From Myxococcota bacterium (GTDB lineage: Bacteria > Myxococcota_A > SURF-8): a stretch of DNA of 64,000 nt. The translations under genes and the position numbers were made by a program. Below the pieces are notes generated by a model that worked only from the letters and a program-made list of their open reading frames with translations, was not told the DNA's origin and searched no databases. Of the stretch, positions 30,201-39,905 are shown piece by piece (position 1 is the stretch's first letter; each line of letters begins with the position of its first letter). Where the stretch lies: contig OZ223209.1 in the NCBI GenBank assembly GCA_965140415.1, positions 2,432,001 through 2,496,000 of the forward strand, given 5' to 3'.

Positions 30201-33200
30201 CCGATACGGCTGGTTGAAGGGAGAATGCACCGCTTGGGGGACGGTGCAGTGGTGCATTGAATTCCACCGTATGGGTGCCGGGGCGTGCTCCCAATGCCAA
30301 AGTCCACAGGTTTGTACCCAGCGGGATGCCGGAACCATATTCAAGCGAATTCAGACGATACAGCAATTCACCGTCACCATTATAGCCCGCAAGTGTTTGG
30401 TCGTGGTAGGGACTGGAAAGGAAAAACGCGGCAGACGATTCCAGAGTGTTGACCGTTACCGTGAGGTTGTCCAGTGCATCATAGCGCTCTTCGAAGTAGT
30501 CCGATTCGTAGGTAATGTAATCGGTGTTACGTTGGGTCGATGACGTCAAGGCATCCAAGCTGCGAGCCGCGTAGTTGACTCCAAAGCCCATGGTGGCCTG
30601 GCCACCACCCGGGTTGGGATTGGAAGCCGTAAGTGTGTATGCATCATCCTGGGGCTGGAGGTCCATATCGAAAACCTGCGCTAGGGCGATCTGTCGGTAG
30701 GGATCCCAGGAGGGCGGATCGGGATCGTCGATAACGGAGCGAACCAGTGCATTGGTGCCTTGGATCGAGAAGTCGATGTTATTCATGAATTTACGACCCC
30801 AGATCATCAGATCGAAGCTCTGACTGCTATCGCTTTCCATAACATAACGTATGTTATGCAAGGGTAGCGAACACTGATCGACAATACCTTCCAGGCAGGC
30901 TGTGCTGGCGCTTTCCATAACCGTGAAATCAAAAAGCTCCGGTTTTGGCGCAACGACATTCAAAAATGCGCTATTTACGCTGACACCGGTTCCGGTTACC
31001 GGGCTGGGAGTGACGATACGGGTCAAGTAGCTTCCCGCGTTCTGGACCAAGGCCCAGGCAGGAGAGGAGGGAATCAGTGTGGTGGCGCAACAGTTGTAAC
31101 AATCGGTATCGCTGGGATCGCAACTGTCACCCGCGAGATTGGCATCTGTGCAGGTGACACCGAGCGCCGAACCATCCAATCCGGTGCAGGTCGCCGTCAA
31201 TTCGAAATCGCCAACGCGGATGGCGGTGTCTGTTGCGAATTGGCTTCCTATGACGGTAATCGTGTAGTTGGAAGCACTGAATGCGATCAAGGATTGCGGA
31301 TAAAGTCGGCTCAGAACCGGAACCGGGCGAACCGGTTGAGGCGCGACCAGTTGCAGGGCGAACTCACCGTTGGTTGTACTGCCATTCATGGCTTGATCGA
31401 AGAAACGATAATAGAGTGTCTTCATGCCTAATGAGGTACTGACGGAGAAAACTTTAGACGGCGTAATGGCGGCGCAGGAATCGCCTGTGATCTGACAGCT
31501 ATCCAGATCGGATTCCGTTTCGCTGATTTCAAAGTAAACCGCATCGGAATCCGCCGGGAAGATTTCCACAACGATACTGGCGTCTTCAATCTGAAGTGGC
31601 AGACCGCCATCATCGCTTTCGCCATTTACCTGGATCGTACCCAATTGGGGTGGGCGGGTATCCGCTTCGATCACGCTGAAGAAGGTGTTCGACGTGTTCC
31701 CTGCTTCGTCGATGAATACGGCTGTAACCGTGTTCAATCCGTTGGCGTCGGCAAGTGTCACGTTAAACGGGAAGTCGTCGTAGTCGTGCAGACCGCCGCC
31801 TGCACTCAAGTCGCCACCAAGGCGAACCTGATAACTTGAATCACCGCCCACTACACCAGCAGGTACAATGGCGCTGTTGACCAGATCGTCTCCACCAGCC
31901 AGAAGCAGAGTGCCTGCTACCGGTGGCGTGGTGTCCAGGTATACCGTGTCGTAGTCACTGCTGATGTTGCCTGCACGATCCTTGAAACAGGCGTAGACGC
32001 GACGAGTGCCGTCTACACCGGAGAGTATCCAGCCGGTCATTTGACCGTCTTCAAAACTCTGGTAGGCGGCGGAAGAACAAGTGATGTTTTCATTCGCAAT
32101 GGCAACAAGATTTACATCTGCGGATACGCCGCTGAAGCTTATTGGAACCGAAATGTTATTAGTCGGATCATCTCCTCCGATTTCAATCGTTCCTTCCGGG
32201 GCGTTTGTATCGACAATGCAGGATGTATAAGCCGGTTCACTTGTAACGTTCCCTGCCGAATCCTTCAAGCATAGCCACAAGAAGTTACGAATTCCGCCTT
32301 CCTCGCTGTCCTCACGGATCAAGTCAACAGCAGTGCTTGTGGAAAAGGGGATGTACGTTAAGGCATCTTCGTCCGAGCAGTCCGGGGTAACGAAGCCGGT
32401 TGTGACGGCAATTGCCATACTGGCTGCATCGCTGTGGTTTCTGGTAATCGTGGCATCGGGACGTAAATCATTCGGGCCGCCTGCATCGCGATAGTAGGTT
32501 TGATCCAGGCTTATTGTTCCGGTCGGTTCGACCAGATCGACATAGATCTGCGCCGTGCTCGCGTTGGTGTTTCCTGCGGCATCGCGGAAGCACACGGAGA
32601 TAGAAACCATGCCTTCATCGCCTTGCGGTCGTGTGACGGTGTAGGGCAGGGAAGCCTGGGTGTAATCGGTCCAGGCCGTCAGATCGGCAGTATTGGCATT
32701 GCATTGAGGGGTTGCGGTTTCCAACACCATGAACTGAGAAATCGAGTTGGCATTCACTGGTGGCGCCGGTAGCATTTGCAGGGTGACGGTCAACCCGTTG
32801 GTCGGGCTGGTTTCGGCGATTGTCACAGTGCCGGTCGGCTTGGTTACATCCAGATATACGGTAGTCGTATCAAAGGCAACATTGTCGGCCTCGTCCTTAA
32901 AGCAGACCTTAATGGTCTTCTCGCCTGTCGTCGAATTCACAACGCGAGAGGGATAGGGATTGAATGCTTCGTAAGTGGCAGTGCTACAATCTAATGAACC
33001 TCCACCAATGGACATCCGGTTGACATCTTCCGGTGCCGTTAAGTACAAGGCGATCGTCGGGTCGTTCGTGGGATCATCGCCACGGATCGTGACGGTGGCT
33101 TCTGTCGGAGCATCCAGATCCAAAACAATGCTGTCGGTGGCGATTGTCGTGCGCCCCGATGCATCGCGGAAGCATCCTGCAACCGTCACCGTGCCGGAGG

Positions 33201-36200
33201 TAGAACCCAGATCCAGTTGTTCGATGACCGGGTTACTATGGTTGTATGCAATGTAGCTGGCGCTGCTGCAATCGATGGAAGCCGTGCTTAATCGTTCGAC
33301 TGCAACTTCGGTAACGTCTGAACTGGCGGTCATGATGATATCGGCTGTGTTGTCGTTGGTCGGACCTTCCGCGTCGATCGTCAGTGTCGCAATCGGATTT
33401 TCGCTGTCGAGGAAGATCGAATCGCTGCTATTCGCCGCGTTTCCTGCCTGATCCGTCACTCGCAAATATACGAATTGAGTGCCGTTCCCACTTTCCAGGG
33501 TCCAACTGATGCTGGCCGCACCCGAACCGATATCAACTGTCGTACTGGTATTGAAAGACGCATCGTTACTGACGAGCACTGTAAGGTTGGCCGCCGTGCT
33601 GAGGTTGTCCTGCGCATTCACAGTTAACGATACGCTTCGGGACTGGGTGTAGCTGTCGCCATCGTTGATCTGGATGACCAGATTATGAGGTGCTGTCGTG
33701 TCCAGAATGATGGAACTCTCGATACTCGCAACGTTTCCTGCGGCATCTTTCAACTGTGCTTTGACCGTGCGTTCCCCGTTATTCGATGGCAGCAGCCAGG
33801 AACGGGCGGAAACGTAACTTTCCCAGGGCTCGGTTGTAAAGGTTGAGTTGTTGGTGATACGCATCGAGGTCACATTGGTGGTTGTGTCGTCTACATTGTC
33901 GAAAGAAAGGGTAACGAGTCGATTGTTCGTGCGCTCGTCTCCATCGTTAATCGAAAGCGTACCACTCGGAAGATCCAGATCCAACACCACGCTGTCGCTG
34001 GCGCTGGACGTATTTCCCGCCGCATCCTTGAAACACACGGAAACCGTGATCGTGCCGCTGCTGTCACCGAGCGACCAGGAGGAAATCTGCGACTGGTAAG
34101 GCGTGTCCACTCCGCTGGAACAGTCGATGCTGTCCGTGTTTTCGATCTTCATGTGGGTGGTGTCGGCGCTGGAGGACAGATTCAACGTTGCCGTGTTAAC
34201 GCGAGTCGGGTCCGAACCGAGAATGCTGACGGAAGCTGTGGGATTTTCACTGTCCAGTACGATGTCATCCGTAGAATCGGTTAGATTCCCCGCTTCATCG
34301 ACGATTCGTACATACACGTTTTTAGAGCCATCGCCTTCCGATAAGGTCCAGGCTGTCGTGGCTTGACCGTTGGTGGTCGAAACTGACGTGGCGCCACTGA
34401 ATGACGGTTCGTTGGAGAAGTAGACAACCAGGTCGTTTTGCCCGGTCTCATTGTCTGTTGCAGAGACTGCAAGTGTTACGTTGCGGCTGTTGGTGTAGTC
34501 GTCGTCGCTATTGATTTCGAAACTGGTGATGACCGGAGCCTGGTTATCCAGAATGATGTCATCCGTCAGTAACAGAATATTTCCGGCTGCATCTTTAACC
34601 TGGGCATACACGGTGTGACTGCCATTGGTGGAAGGCAGAACCCAGCCACGAGAAGAAACGAAGACTTCCCATGACAGGCCGTCGAAGGCATTGACGTTGT
34701 TGATCCGCATGGCGGTGACATCGGTTGTGGCGTCGCTGACATCGAAGGTTAATGTAACCGCGGCGTTGTCCGTATGGCTGGCATCTTGGTCGATGACCAT
34801 CGTACCGGTTGGATCGTCCATGTCCAGCGTGACGGGAATTTCAATCGGGCCGTCGGTATGCCCGGCGTTGTCTCGGAAAGAGACCGAAACGCTGCATGCT
34901 CCGGTGTCGCCACAATCACCACCTTCGGTCGTGTCCAGCGTAATGGATGTCTGGCTGCTGAAGGAGATCCACTGAAAGGTGTCTGCGGTGTCAGTGACAT
35001 CCCCTTCGATGTACATCTGGTCCGCCCCTGCCGCATAGGCGATCAGGTTGCAGTCCGGATCGTTCAGGTATTCGCCTTCTTCGATATAGGCATAGGAGCC
35101 GGAAGGTCCGGCGCTGTCCAGAATCGTGCTGTCGCTGGCTTCAACCAGATTGCCGGCCAGATCCTGAACACGCAGATAAACGGTTTTCTGGCCATCGCCT
35201 TCGGACAAGGTCCAGTTGCGCGTGACTCCGCCAGTTGTGTAGCTGCCGGATTCGCTGCTATCGGCAGGGAAGGTCGGGGAGTTTGAAAGCAGATACACCA
35301 GATCCTCGTCCGCGCTAATGCCGTCCTGTGCGGTAATGGTAATGGATACAGTGCCGCTTTGGCTGTAGCCGTCCGTGTCGTTGATGACCAACGACGCGCT
35401 TGGGGCGGCGGTATCCAGCGTAATACTGGCATTGGCCTGGGCCGTATTTCCCGCAAGGTCGATGACTTCTATCCAAACGGTTTTCTCTCCATCCAAAGTC
35501 GGGAGCATCCAACTTTTGGAATCCTGCACCGGTTCATAACTTTCCGTGGTGAAAGGCGCATTGTTGGTCAGCCGCATACCGGCAAGACCGCCCCAGGGTT
35601 CACCATCGGCAGCCAGAATCGTCAATGTAACGGCCCGGCTGTTGCTGTACTCGGCATCCTCGTTGATCTGTAGCGAGACCGTCGGGTCGCTTTCGTCTAG
35701 ATAAAATGAGGTAGTGACACAGTTGGAAACGTTGTGCGCTTCGTCGCGGAACATCACGCTAAAGGTTTTCTGGCCGTTACCGGCGGTTGCCGTAACGGAT
35801 TTCTGCGTGACATATGGCGTCCAGTTGGTTTGCGGACATGTGTCCGATTCGTGTACGGAAAGTTCGCTTGCACCAATGGCGTTTAACGACAACGTCACGG
35901 TGGCGTCGTTTACGATGCTGCCTTGAACAACGGAAATCTGCTCGCCGTAGGGAGCGATGCGATCTAAAATGACCGTTTTCTGGGAGGGTTCGGAGGCATT
36001 GCCTGCGATATCGACGTAGCGCGCGTATACAAGCTGCACACCATCCAGATCGTCCAGCATGAAATCGACCAGTCCGCCTACTGGCAGATCGAACGGCGCT
36101 TCGGAAAAGGCGATTTCGCTGTCGATTTGTACCCGAACATCCGTTGGGGCGTTGGTGAATTGAAGCTGAATGGCTTCGCTGCGTGCATATGAACCGTGAA

Positions 36201-39200
36201 TGTCATCACCGGCAAGTGCGAATTGGGGCGAATTCGGCGCAGTCGTGTCCAGGATGACGCTGTCGAAATAGTCGGCATTGGTGCCGATGGCGTTGCCTGC
36301 ATCGTCGCTGAATTGGATAAATACGGCGTGCAGTGTTTCTTCCAATGGTAGCACCCAGGTGCGGCTGGTTTGGTAGGCTTCCCAATCGGCCCCGGCGAAA
36401 CTGGGTTGATTGCTGATTTTCATACGATCTGCACCGCTGGCTTCGATAGAAAGTCGCACGGAACTCGTCGTGCTGTATTTGTCTTCGCCATCTTCCACTT
36501 CCGCGTCGATGGCAAAGTGGACAAACTGCGGCGGTGTCGTGTCCAGTATGATTGAATCTGAAACGATTGCGCTTTGATTGCCTGCAGGGTCCACAAAGTA
36601 TGCGTATACGCTTTTCTCGCCGTCTTCCGTTGGAGCGGCGAGCATGTAGGTTACGAGCGGTGTATACGCTCTCGGCTGGAAATCCGTTCCGTTACTGGAA
36701 AGATAAACGAAGTCCACGCCGTTATCGTCGTAGGCGGAAAGAGCCAAGGCGACTAGCCCGGCTGCACTGTTGGTGTACTCGGCATCGTCGTTGATGAGCA
36801 GTTGCGCCAGGTTAGGTTCGATTCGGTCAAGTATGATGGACGCGGAGAAGGTATCGGAAGGGACGAAGTTGGTGTCCATGAATTGGACGTAAATGGTCTT
36901 GGGACCGTCTTCAATCGCTTTGTCTCCGCTGTCGGCGAATGTATAGGCATAATGAATGGTGCCGTCGGGATCGACTGTAACGGTGCCTTCCGTCTGTAGA
37001 GTCGTCAGATCCACAAATGGAGGTTCCGTGATATCCGGGTTGAGGAAGAAGGCATCGTCTTCACTCACGCGTATCATAGCGGCATTATCGTATTCAAGCG
37101 CGAGATCGACAAGCACCTGATTGGTATAGGCTGCGCCACCTTCGATGTTGAAGTCGCCGGTTTGCGGTGAAAGCAGCAGGGGGGTGTCGCCATCGTTGAC
37201 GGCGCTGGTCTGCTCTTCCAGAACCTGTACTCCGTCGAGATTGCGTTGCTGGAAACCATCTTTCGTTGCAATCAATTCGTAGCTGCCGGTAATGATCTCA
37301 TCCCGGTAAAAGTAACCGGAAGAGTCTGTGACCATCGTGTAGCCGGTGCCCGCCAGTTTCAACAGAATACCGGCGTGATCGGAGCGCCCGACGAGACGCG
37401 CATAACCTTCAATGCCTCCGCGTGCGAGATTCAACTGTAACAAACCAACGGGAGCATCTTCTCCGGGAGAAACGGTTACGAATTCCGAACGCGCTTCGGA
37501 ATAGCCGTCTTTGTTGGCAGCTACATAAGCATAGGAACCGACAAGCACATCGGGAATCGTAAAGGTTCCATTTTGTTCAATAACGGCTTGAGGCGCGGTC
37601 GTGCCTCCTAAAGACAGAACGACATCGTCCAGCGCTGCCGACCCTTCGATACCCAGTTGCCCGCTGATGCTTCCATAGCGATCTGTCAGCGTCAGAGTTC
37701 CTGCATCTGCTGCTGTCGCAGCACGCACCTGCAACACGCCACTGGCGGCATTCTGGAAACGGGCTTTCTTGGCGATAAGGGAAGTATAAAGACCGACGGC
37801 AACATGCGGGATTGTGAAACTTCCATTTTCCGTATCGATTTCGGCGTTTTCGATCAGGGAGCCGTCCAACTCGAAGCTGATTCCCGTAAAGGGATCGGTT
37901 GTATCGGCTGGATTCGTGGCGAGTTGTCCGATGATCTTCCCATAGAGTGAGGAAAGCGTGAGTGTACCCAAGTCCGAAGTTTGACCCGGTGAGACGATAA
38001 TGGCTCCGGTTTGCGCCGGGGAGAAATCGCTTTTGGAAACGGTTAGCGAGCCATAGGTTCCATATGGGATGTCGGAAATCGTGAAACTGCCGTCCGTATC
38101 ATTAACGGAAACGCTGCCAACTCCACTGCCGAGGGTTTGCCCGTCGAGAGCAAAGTTCAGATCCGCGTATGGGGTCTGGGTATCTGCGGGAATGATGCTG
38201 ATGATACCGGACAGCGAACCGGTGGTATCCAGTGTGATGTCGTCCTGTACGGCTTCGGTTTCATTTCCGGCGTCATCGGCGAACTTGGCGTAAACGGTAT
38301 GCGAACTGCTGCGGCTGCCGTTTGCGGCCAATCGCCATCCCGCCACCGTGGGGCTGTAGGTTTGCCAGTTTGCATCACCGAAGCCGGAATCGTTGGAGAT
38401 CTTCATTTTGCTTGCGCCGCTGATGTCGAAATCCAGTGTGACGAGAGCCTGGGCGGTAAATTCATCGCCTTCATTGATCAACAACGCCTGCGTCCCCGCC
38501 TGTGGGGCGATGTTATCGAAAAGGATTGTATCCGAAACCGGGTCGGATTCGTTCCCGGCACCATCGATGAACGACACGATAACCGGCAATTCCACGCCGT
38601 CGCCCTCATTTGGTACGGGTAGTGTGACGGTGTCTGCCAGGGTATAGTCTACGACCGTTTCTTCATCCAGTTCGCCGTCAAGGCTCACGCGCATACCGAC
38701 GACTTCGGAATAGCGATCCTGTGCGGACAAGCTCAACTCAACCACGCCATCGGTGGTATATGTCTCTCCTTGGTTGATCAGCACCTTCGTGCTCTGTGGT
38801 GGCGTCGTATCGAGCGTAATGCTGTCCGATGTTTCCTCGGAGGGCAGGCCATCAAAGGTTTCATAACGACCATAGACCGTTTTTAGCCCGTCGCCTTCGG
38901 AAAGAGTGAAATCAAGGGTGATGTCGAGCTGTTCGACATCCGAGATTTCCCCGTTCTGCGTTGATTCATCTTCAAAAGTCGGATCTTCGGAAAGCCACCA
39001 GAATTTGATGGGACCGGAGGAGCGTAATGTTACCGGGACTGTGGTTTTGTTCGTGAATGCCGCACCTTGAGCGATCAGCACCGCGCCCTGGCTTGAAATC
39101 AGCCGGGAATCGGGCAGACGTTGCGAATCCTTGTCGACTTCTACTTCATCACTGTCGTTGGAATAGCCTTCTTTTCCCGCAATGAGCAGATAAGAGCCGA

Positions 39201-39855
39201 ACGGAACGCCGTCGAGCAGGTAGTTGCCGTTTTCATCCGTCAACGCGGTATAGGTCAATTCCTGGGTGGCATCTTCCGTTTCTACATCGCCATCTTCCGG
39301 CAAGGTCGAATCGCCATCTTCGTCACCGGCGAAAATGCGCTTTCTGGCGGCAGCGGAAGTGGAGGATGTTTGTCTCAACGAGATCATGACTCCCGAGAAG
39401 TTCTCGATGGCATTTCCCGCCGCATCGATGCCTTCCAGGGTCACGTTGCCTGTAAGCAGCGCTCTGCGTTTGGTCAGTTGAACGAGCGGAAGAGCGACGC
39501 TGTCCGCTGCGGTGATGGTGAAATCCAGAGTGTTCTCTGCATACCCGGTCATACTGAAACGAGCCGACCAGGAACCGGGAACAACCGATCCTTCAAAGGA
39601 GTAGCTGCCGTCGGCAACGGACGTCGTTGTCAACGTCTGTCCCTCTCCTTCGATCGTGATGGTTACACCATCCTGTTGTCCGGCACTTTGAAACTCCAGT
39701 TCAACCTGTCCCGTAACCGAGGCTTTGGCCTGGTCTTCCGGTGGCGTGTCCGGATCGAAGGGGTTGGTCGCGCTTAAATCGTAGTCGCAAGCCACGATCA
39801 GAAGCATTGAAAGCAGGCTCAGTAAAACGCTAACAAAGGTTTGAGTTCGTATCAT
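27208..39855 (-). CDS. Giant (~4,215 aa) surface lipoprotein or adhesin: carboxypeptidase-regulatory-like beta-sandwiches, about 22 Ig-like repeats, FG-GAP/VCBS propellers, P-domain-like and PPC-like C-terminal domains
   Basis: Lipobox IVAC after a hydrophobic stretch; ~100-aa repeats ending D-x-AGN..I-x-LD-x-x-x-P; 13 clear plus 1 degenerate D-x-N-x-D-G-x-x-D blades (~30.2-28.1 kb); PTGDWTVTITND; ACNDDGG..GTYCIVVDG. GGAG RBS before ATG 39855. Confidence 0.88.
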   Translation of the reverse strand: MIRTQTFVSVLLSLLSMLLIVACDYDLSATNPFDPDTPPEDQAKASVTGQVELEFQSAGQQDGVTITIEGEGQTLTTTSVADGSYSFEGSVVPGSWSARFSMTGYAENTLDFTITAADSVALPLVQLTKRRALLTGNVTLEGIDAAGNAIENFSGVMISLRQTSSTSAAARKRIFAGDEDGDSTLPEDGDVETEDATQELTYTALTDENGNYLLDGVPFGSYLLIAGKEGYSNDSDEVEVDKDSQRLPDSRLISSQGAVLIAQGAAFTNKTTVPVTLRSSGPIKFWWLSEDPTFEDESTQNGEISDVEQLDITLDFTLSEGDGLKTVYGRYETFDGLPSEETSDSITLDTTPPQSTKVLINQGETYTTDGVVELSLSAQDRYSEVVGMRVSLDGELDEETVVDYTLADTVTLPVPNEGDGVELPVIVSFIDGAGNESDPVSDTILFDNIAPQAGTQALLINEGDEFTAQALVTLDFDISGASKMKISNDSGFGDANWQTYSPTVAGWRLAANGSRSSSHTVYAKFADDAGNETEAVQDDITLDTTGSLSGIISIIPADTQTPYADLNFALDGQTLGSGVGSVSVNDTDGSFTISDIPYGTYGSLTVSKSDFSPAQTGAIIVSPGQTSDLGTLTLSSLYGKIIGQLATNPADTTDPFTGISFELDGSLIENAEIDTENGSFTIPHVAVGLYTSLIAKKARFQNAASGVLQVRAATAADAGTLTLTDRYGSISGQLGIEGSAALDDVVLSLGGTTAPQAVIEQNGTFTIPDVLVGSYAYVAANKDGYSEARSEFVTVSPGEDAPVGLLQLNLARGGIEGYARLVGRSDHAGILLKLAGTGYTMVTDSSGYFYRDEIITGSYELIATKDGFQQRNLDGVQVLEEQTSAVNDGDTPLLLSPQTGDFNIEGGAAYTNQVLVDLALEYDNAAMIRVSEDDAFFLNPDITEPPFVDLTTLQTEGTVTVDPDGTIHYAYTFADSGDKAIEDGPKTIYVQFMDTNFVPSDTFSASIILDRIEPNLAQLLINDDAEYTNSAAGLVALALSAYDDNGVDFVYLSSNGTDFQPRAYTPLVTYMLAAPTEDGEKSVYAYFVDPAGNQSAIVSDSIILDTTPPQFVHFAIDAEVEDGEDKYSTTSSVRLSIEASGADRMKISNQPSFAGADWEAYQTSRTWVLPLEETLHAVFIQFSDDAGNAIGTNADYFDSVILDTTAPNSPQFALAGDDIHGSYARSEAIQLQFTNAPTDVRVQIDSEIAFSEAPFDLPVGGLVDFMLDDLDGVQLVYARYVDIAGNASEPSQKTVILDRIAPYGEQISVVQGSIVNDATVTLSLNAIGASELSVHESDTCPQTNWTPYVTQKSVTATAGNGQKTFSVMFRDEAHNVSNCVTTSFYLDESDPTVSLQINEDAEYSNSRAVTLTILAADGEPWGGLAGMRLTNNAPFTTESYEPVQDSKSWMLPTLDGEKTVWIEVIDLAGNTAQANASITLDTAAPSASLVINDTDGYSQSGTVSITITAQDGISADEDLVYLLSNSPTFPADSSESGSYTTGGVTRNWTLSEGDGQKTVYLRVQDLAGNLVEASDSTILDSAGPSGSYAYIEEGEYLNDPDCNLIAYAAGADQMYIEGDVTDTADTFQWISFSSQTSITLDTTEGGDCGDTGACSVSVSFRDNAGHTDGPIEIPVTLDMDDPTGTMVIDQDASHTDNAAVTLTFDVSDATTDVTAMRINNVNAFDGLSWEVFVSSRGWVLPSTNGSHTVYAQVKDAAGNILLLTDDIILDNQAPVITSFEINSDDDYTNSRNVTLAVSATDNETGQNDLVVYFSNEPSFSGATSVSTTNGQATTAWTLSEGDGSKNVYVRIVDEAGNLTDSTDDIVLDSENPTASVSILGSDPTRVNTATLNLSSSADTTHMKIENTDSIDCSSGVDTPYQSQISSWSLGDSSGTITVSVCFKDAAGNTSSASDSVVLDLDLPSGTLSINDGDERTNNRLVTLSFDNVDDTTTNVTSMRITNNSTFTTEPWESYVSARSWLLPSNNGERTVKAQLKDAAGNVASIESSIILDTTAPHNLVIQINDGDSYTQSRSVSLTVNAQDNLSTAANLTVLVSNDASFNTSTTVDIGSGAASISWTLESGNGTQFVYLRVTDQAGNAANSSDSIFLDSENPIATLTIDAEGPTNDNTADIIMTASSDVTEVAVERLSTASIDCSSASYIAYNHSNPVIEQLDLGSTSGTVTVAGCFRDASGRTTIATDSIVLDLDAPTEATVTIRGDDPTNDPTIALYLTAPEDVNRMSIGGGSLDCSTATYEAFNPYPSRVVNSTTGEKTIKVCFKDEADNVAFDTTTVYLDVTKPTGTVTIAETSPTNGLTVTLQMLPAPPVNANSISQFMVLETATPQCNANTADLTAWTDYTQASLPYTVTRPQGDEGMVSISVCFRDAAGNTNASTAQIYVDLVEPTGTISLDQTYYRDAGGPNDLRPDATITRNHSDAASMAIAVTTGFVTPDCSDEDALTYIPFSTSTAVDLIREDSEEGGIRNFLWLCLKDSAGNVTSEPAYTSCIVDTNAPEGTIEIGGDDPTNNISVPISFSGVSADVNLVAIANENITCSSAAYQSFEDGQMTGWILSGVDGTRRVYACFKDRAGNISSDYDTVYLDTTPPVAGTLLLAGGDDLVNSAIVPAGVVGGDSSYQVRLGGDLSAGGGLHDYDDFPFNVTLADANGLNTVTAVFIDEAGNTSNTFFSVIEADTRPPQLGTIQVNGESDDGGLPLQIEDASIVVEIFPADSDAVYFEISETESDLDSCQITGDSCAAITPSKVFSVSTSLGMKTLYYRFFDQAMNGSTTNGEFALQLVAPQPVRPVPVLSRLYPQSLIAFSASNYTITVIGSQFATDTAIRVGDFELTATCTGLDGSALGVTCTDANLAGDSCDPSDTDCYNCCATTLIPSSPAWALVQNAGSYLTRIVTPSPVTGTGVSVNSAFLNVVAPKPELFDFTVMESASTACLEGIVDQCSLPLHNIRYVMESDSSQSFDLMIWGRKFMNNIDFSIQGTNALVRSVIDDPDPPSWDPYRQIALAQVFDMDLQPQDDAYTLTASNPNPGGGQATMGFGVNYAARSLDALTSSTQRNTDYITYESDYFEERYDALDNLTVTVNTLESSAAFFLSSPYHDQTLAGYNGDGELLYRLNSLEYGSGIPLGTNLWTLALGARPGTHTVEFNAPLHRPPSGAFSLQPAVSVGDGPNFIHAYKSNANLPPYAENLVVLNYNDNSLTALYYDTVSSSYMELDSHNLGSNPARATVADFNRDNYPDIAVGHQWNSDTVSLLYGNSDGTFDEPDVLSGLNSAEDIEAGDLNGDSFPDIVLSERQSNRLSMYFNTGGSDPFSQSPVSLYAPSPIDAELADMNGDGILDIVSASASSSRVTVFLNKGDGTFETGLVTATSAGPIDLAIADFNHDGVLDIAVANGAWVSDDHVNVLLGNGDGTMQPAIDIDVKNNDVTSISAADLNGNGHVDLVAGFNGSTYATFLFNDGTASFTGAERNFGLTPRFLITGNFSSDYNIDLAMVYNGGDQIRTLINIPGTAWTVTRTHGSGTSNTRPQLADLNRDGALDVLVPQDSSFYLSLLLGNGDGSTQAAVMYNTHTTSNISYPSDLAIMDFNGDGYGDVAATNSCEYIYHPRTIGIRMGDGAGALGALTTYATDSSPYSIISADFDNDDDPDIAAVAKDSDMVNVYINNGSGVFGTKVQYSVDDEPTSIAAADVNNDGAVDLIVGHWMYKFSVLLGTIDGSGKPTGTFGTPTTFSTETNGNYGLQVADFNRDGLDDIITSNYNAGTTVELFIGDGAGGFDSSTTFPAIGDTFDLVVSDFDGNGMYDIATCSFENNYAAVLLGNGDGTLSEPVLYSADNYPKGVAAGDLNGDGGTDLIIANNGSSALRSLTPAFNPEPINQELRMTELDLVSVEIPAGPSESASFNVHQATQDLEEIAIELYVEFAEEPSSGSLTTTLTAPNGYFVTLATHDVGELEAWPSASPTAWRLIANYPPHATVSDLSTLLTVQPTGDWTVTITNDTSEAAEVKSISIHTLGRLVGPGIGGRSDVPERLNDSRGASWTGRVVRGSTLGYADNEDLSCATTSGSPDRYYQISIRDNVTLERLSVVGSFDSAVELRSGACSASSYTTIACNDDGGGVGGWGQNPRIIDQALGLGTYCIVVDGVTSSGNVSQGEYYLYLRFSDPILGK

Positions 39856-39905
39856 GTTCCGATCTCCACTCATCGGTTGTTCCTCCAGTAAAGCAGGCTC
39901 GTGCG

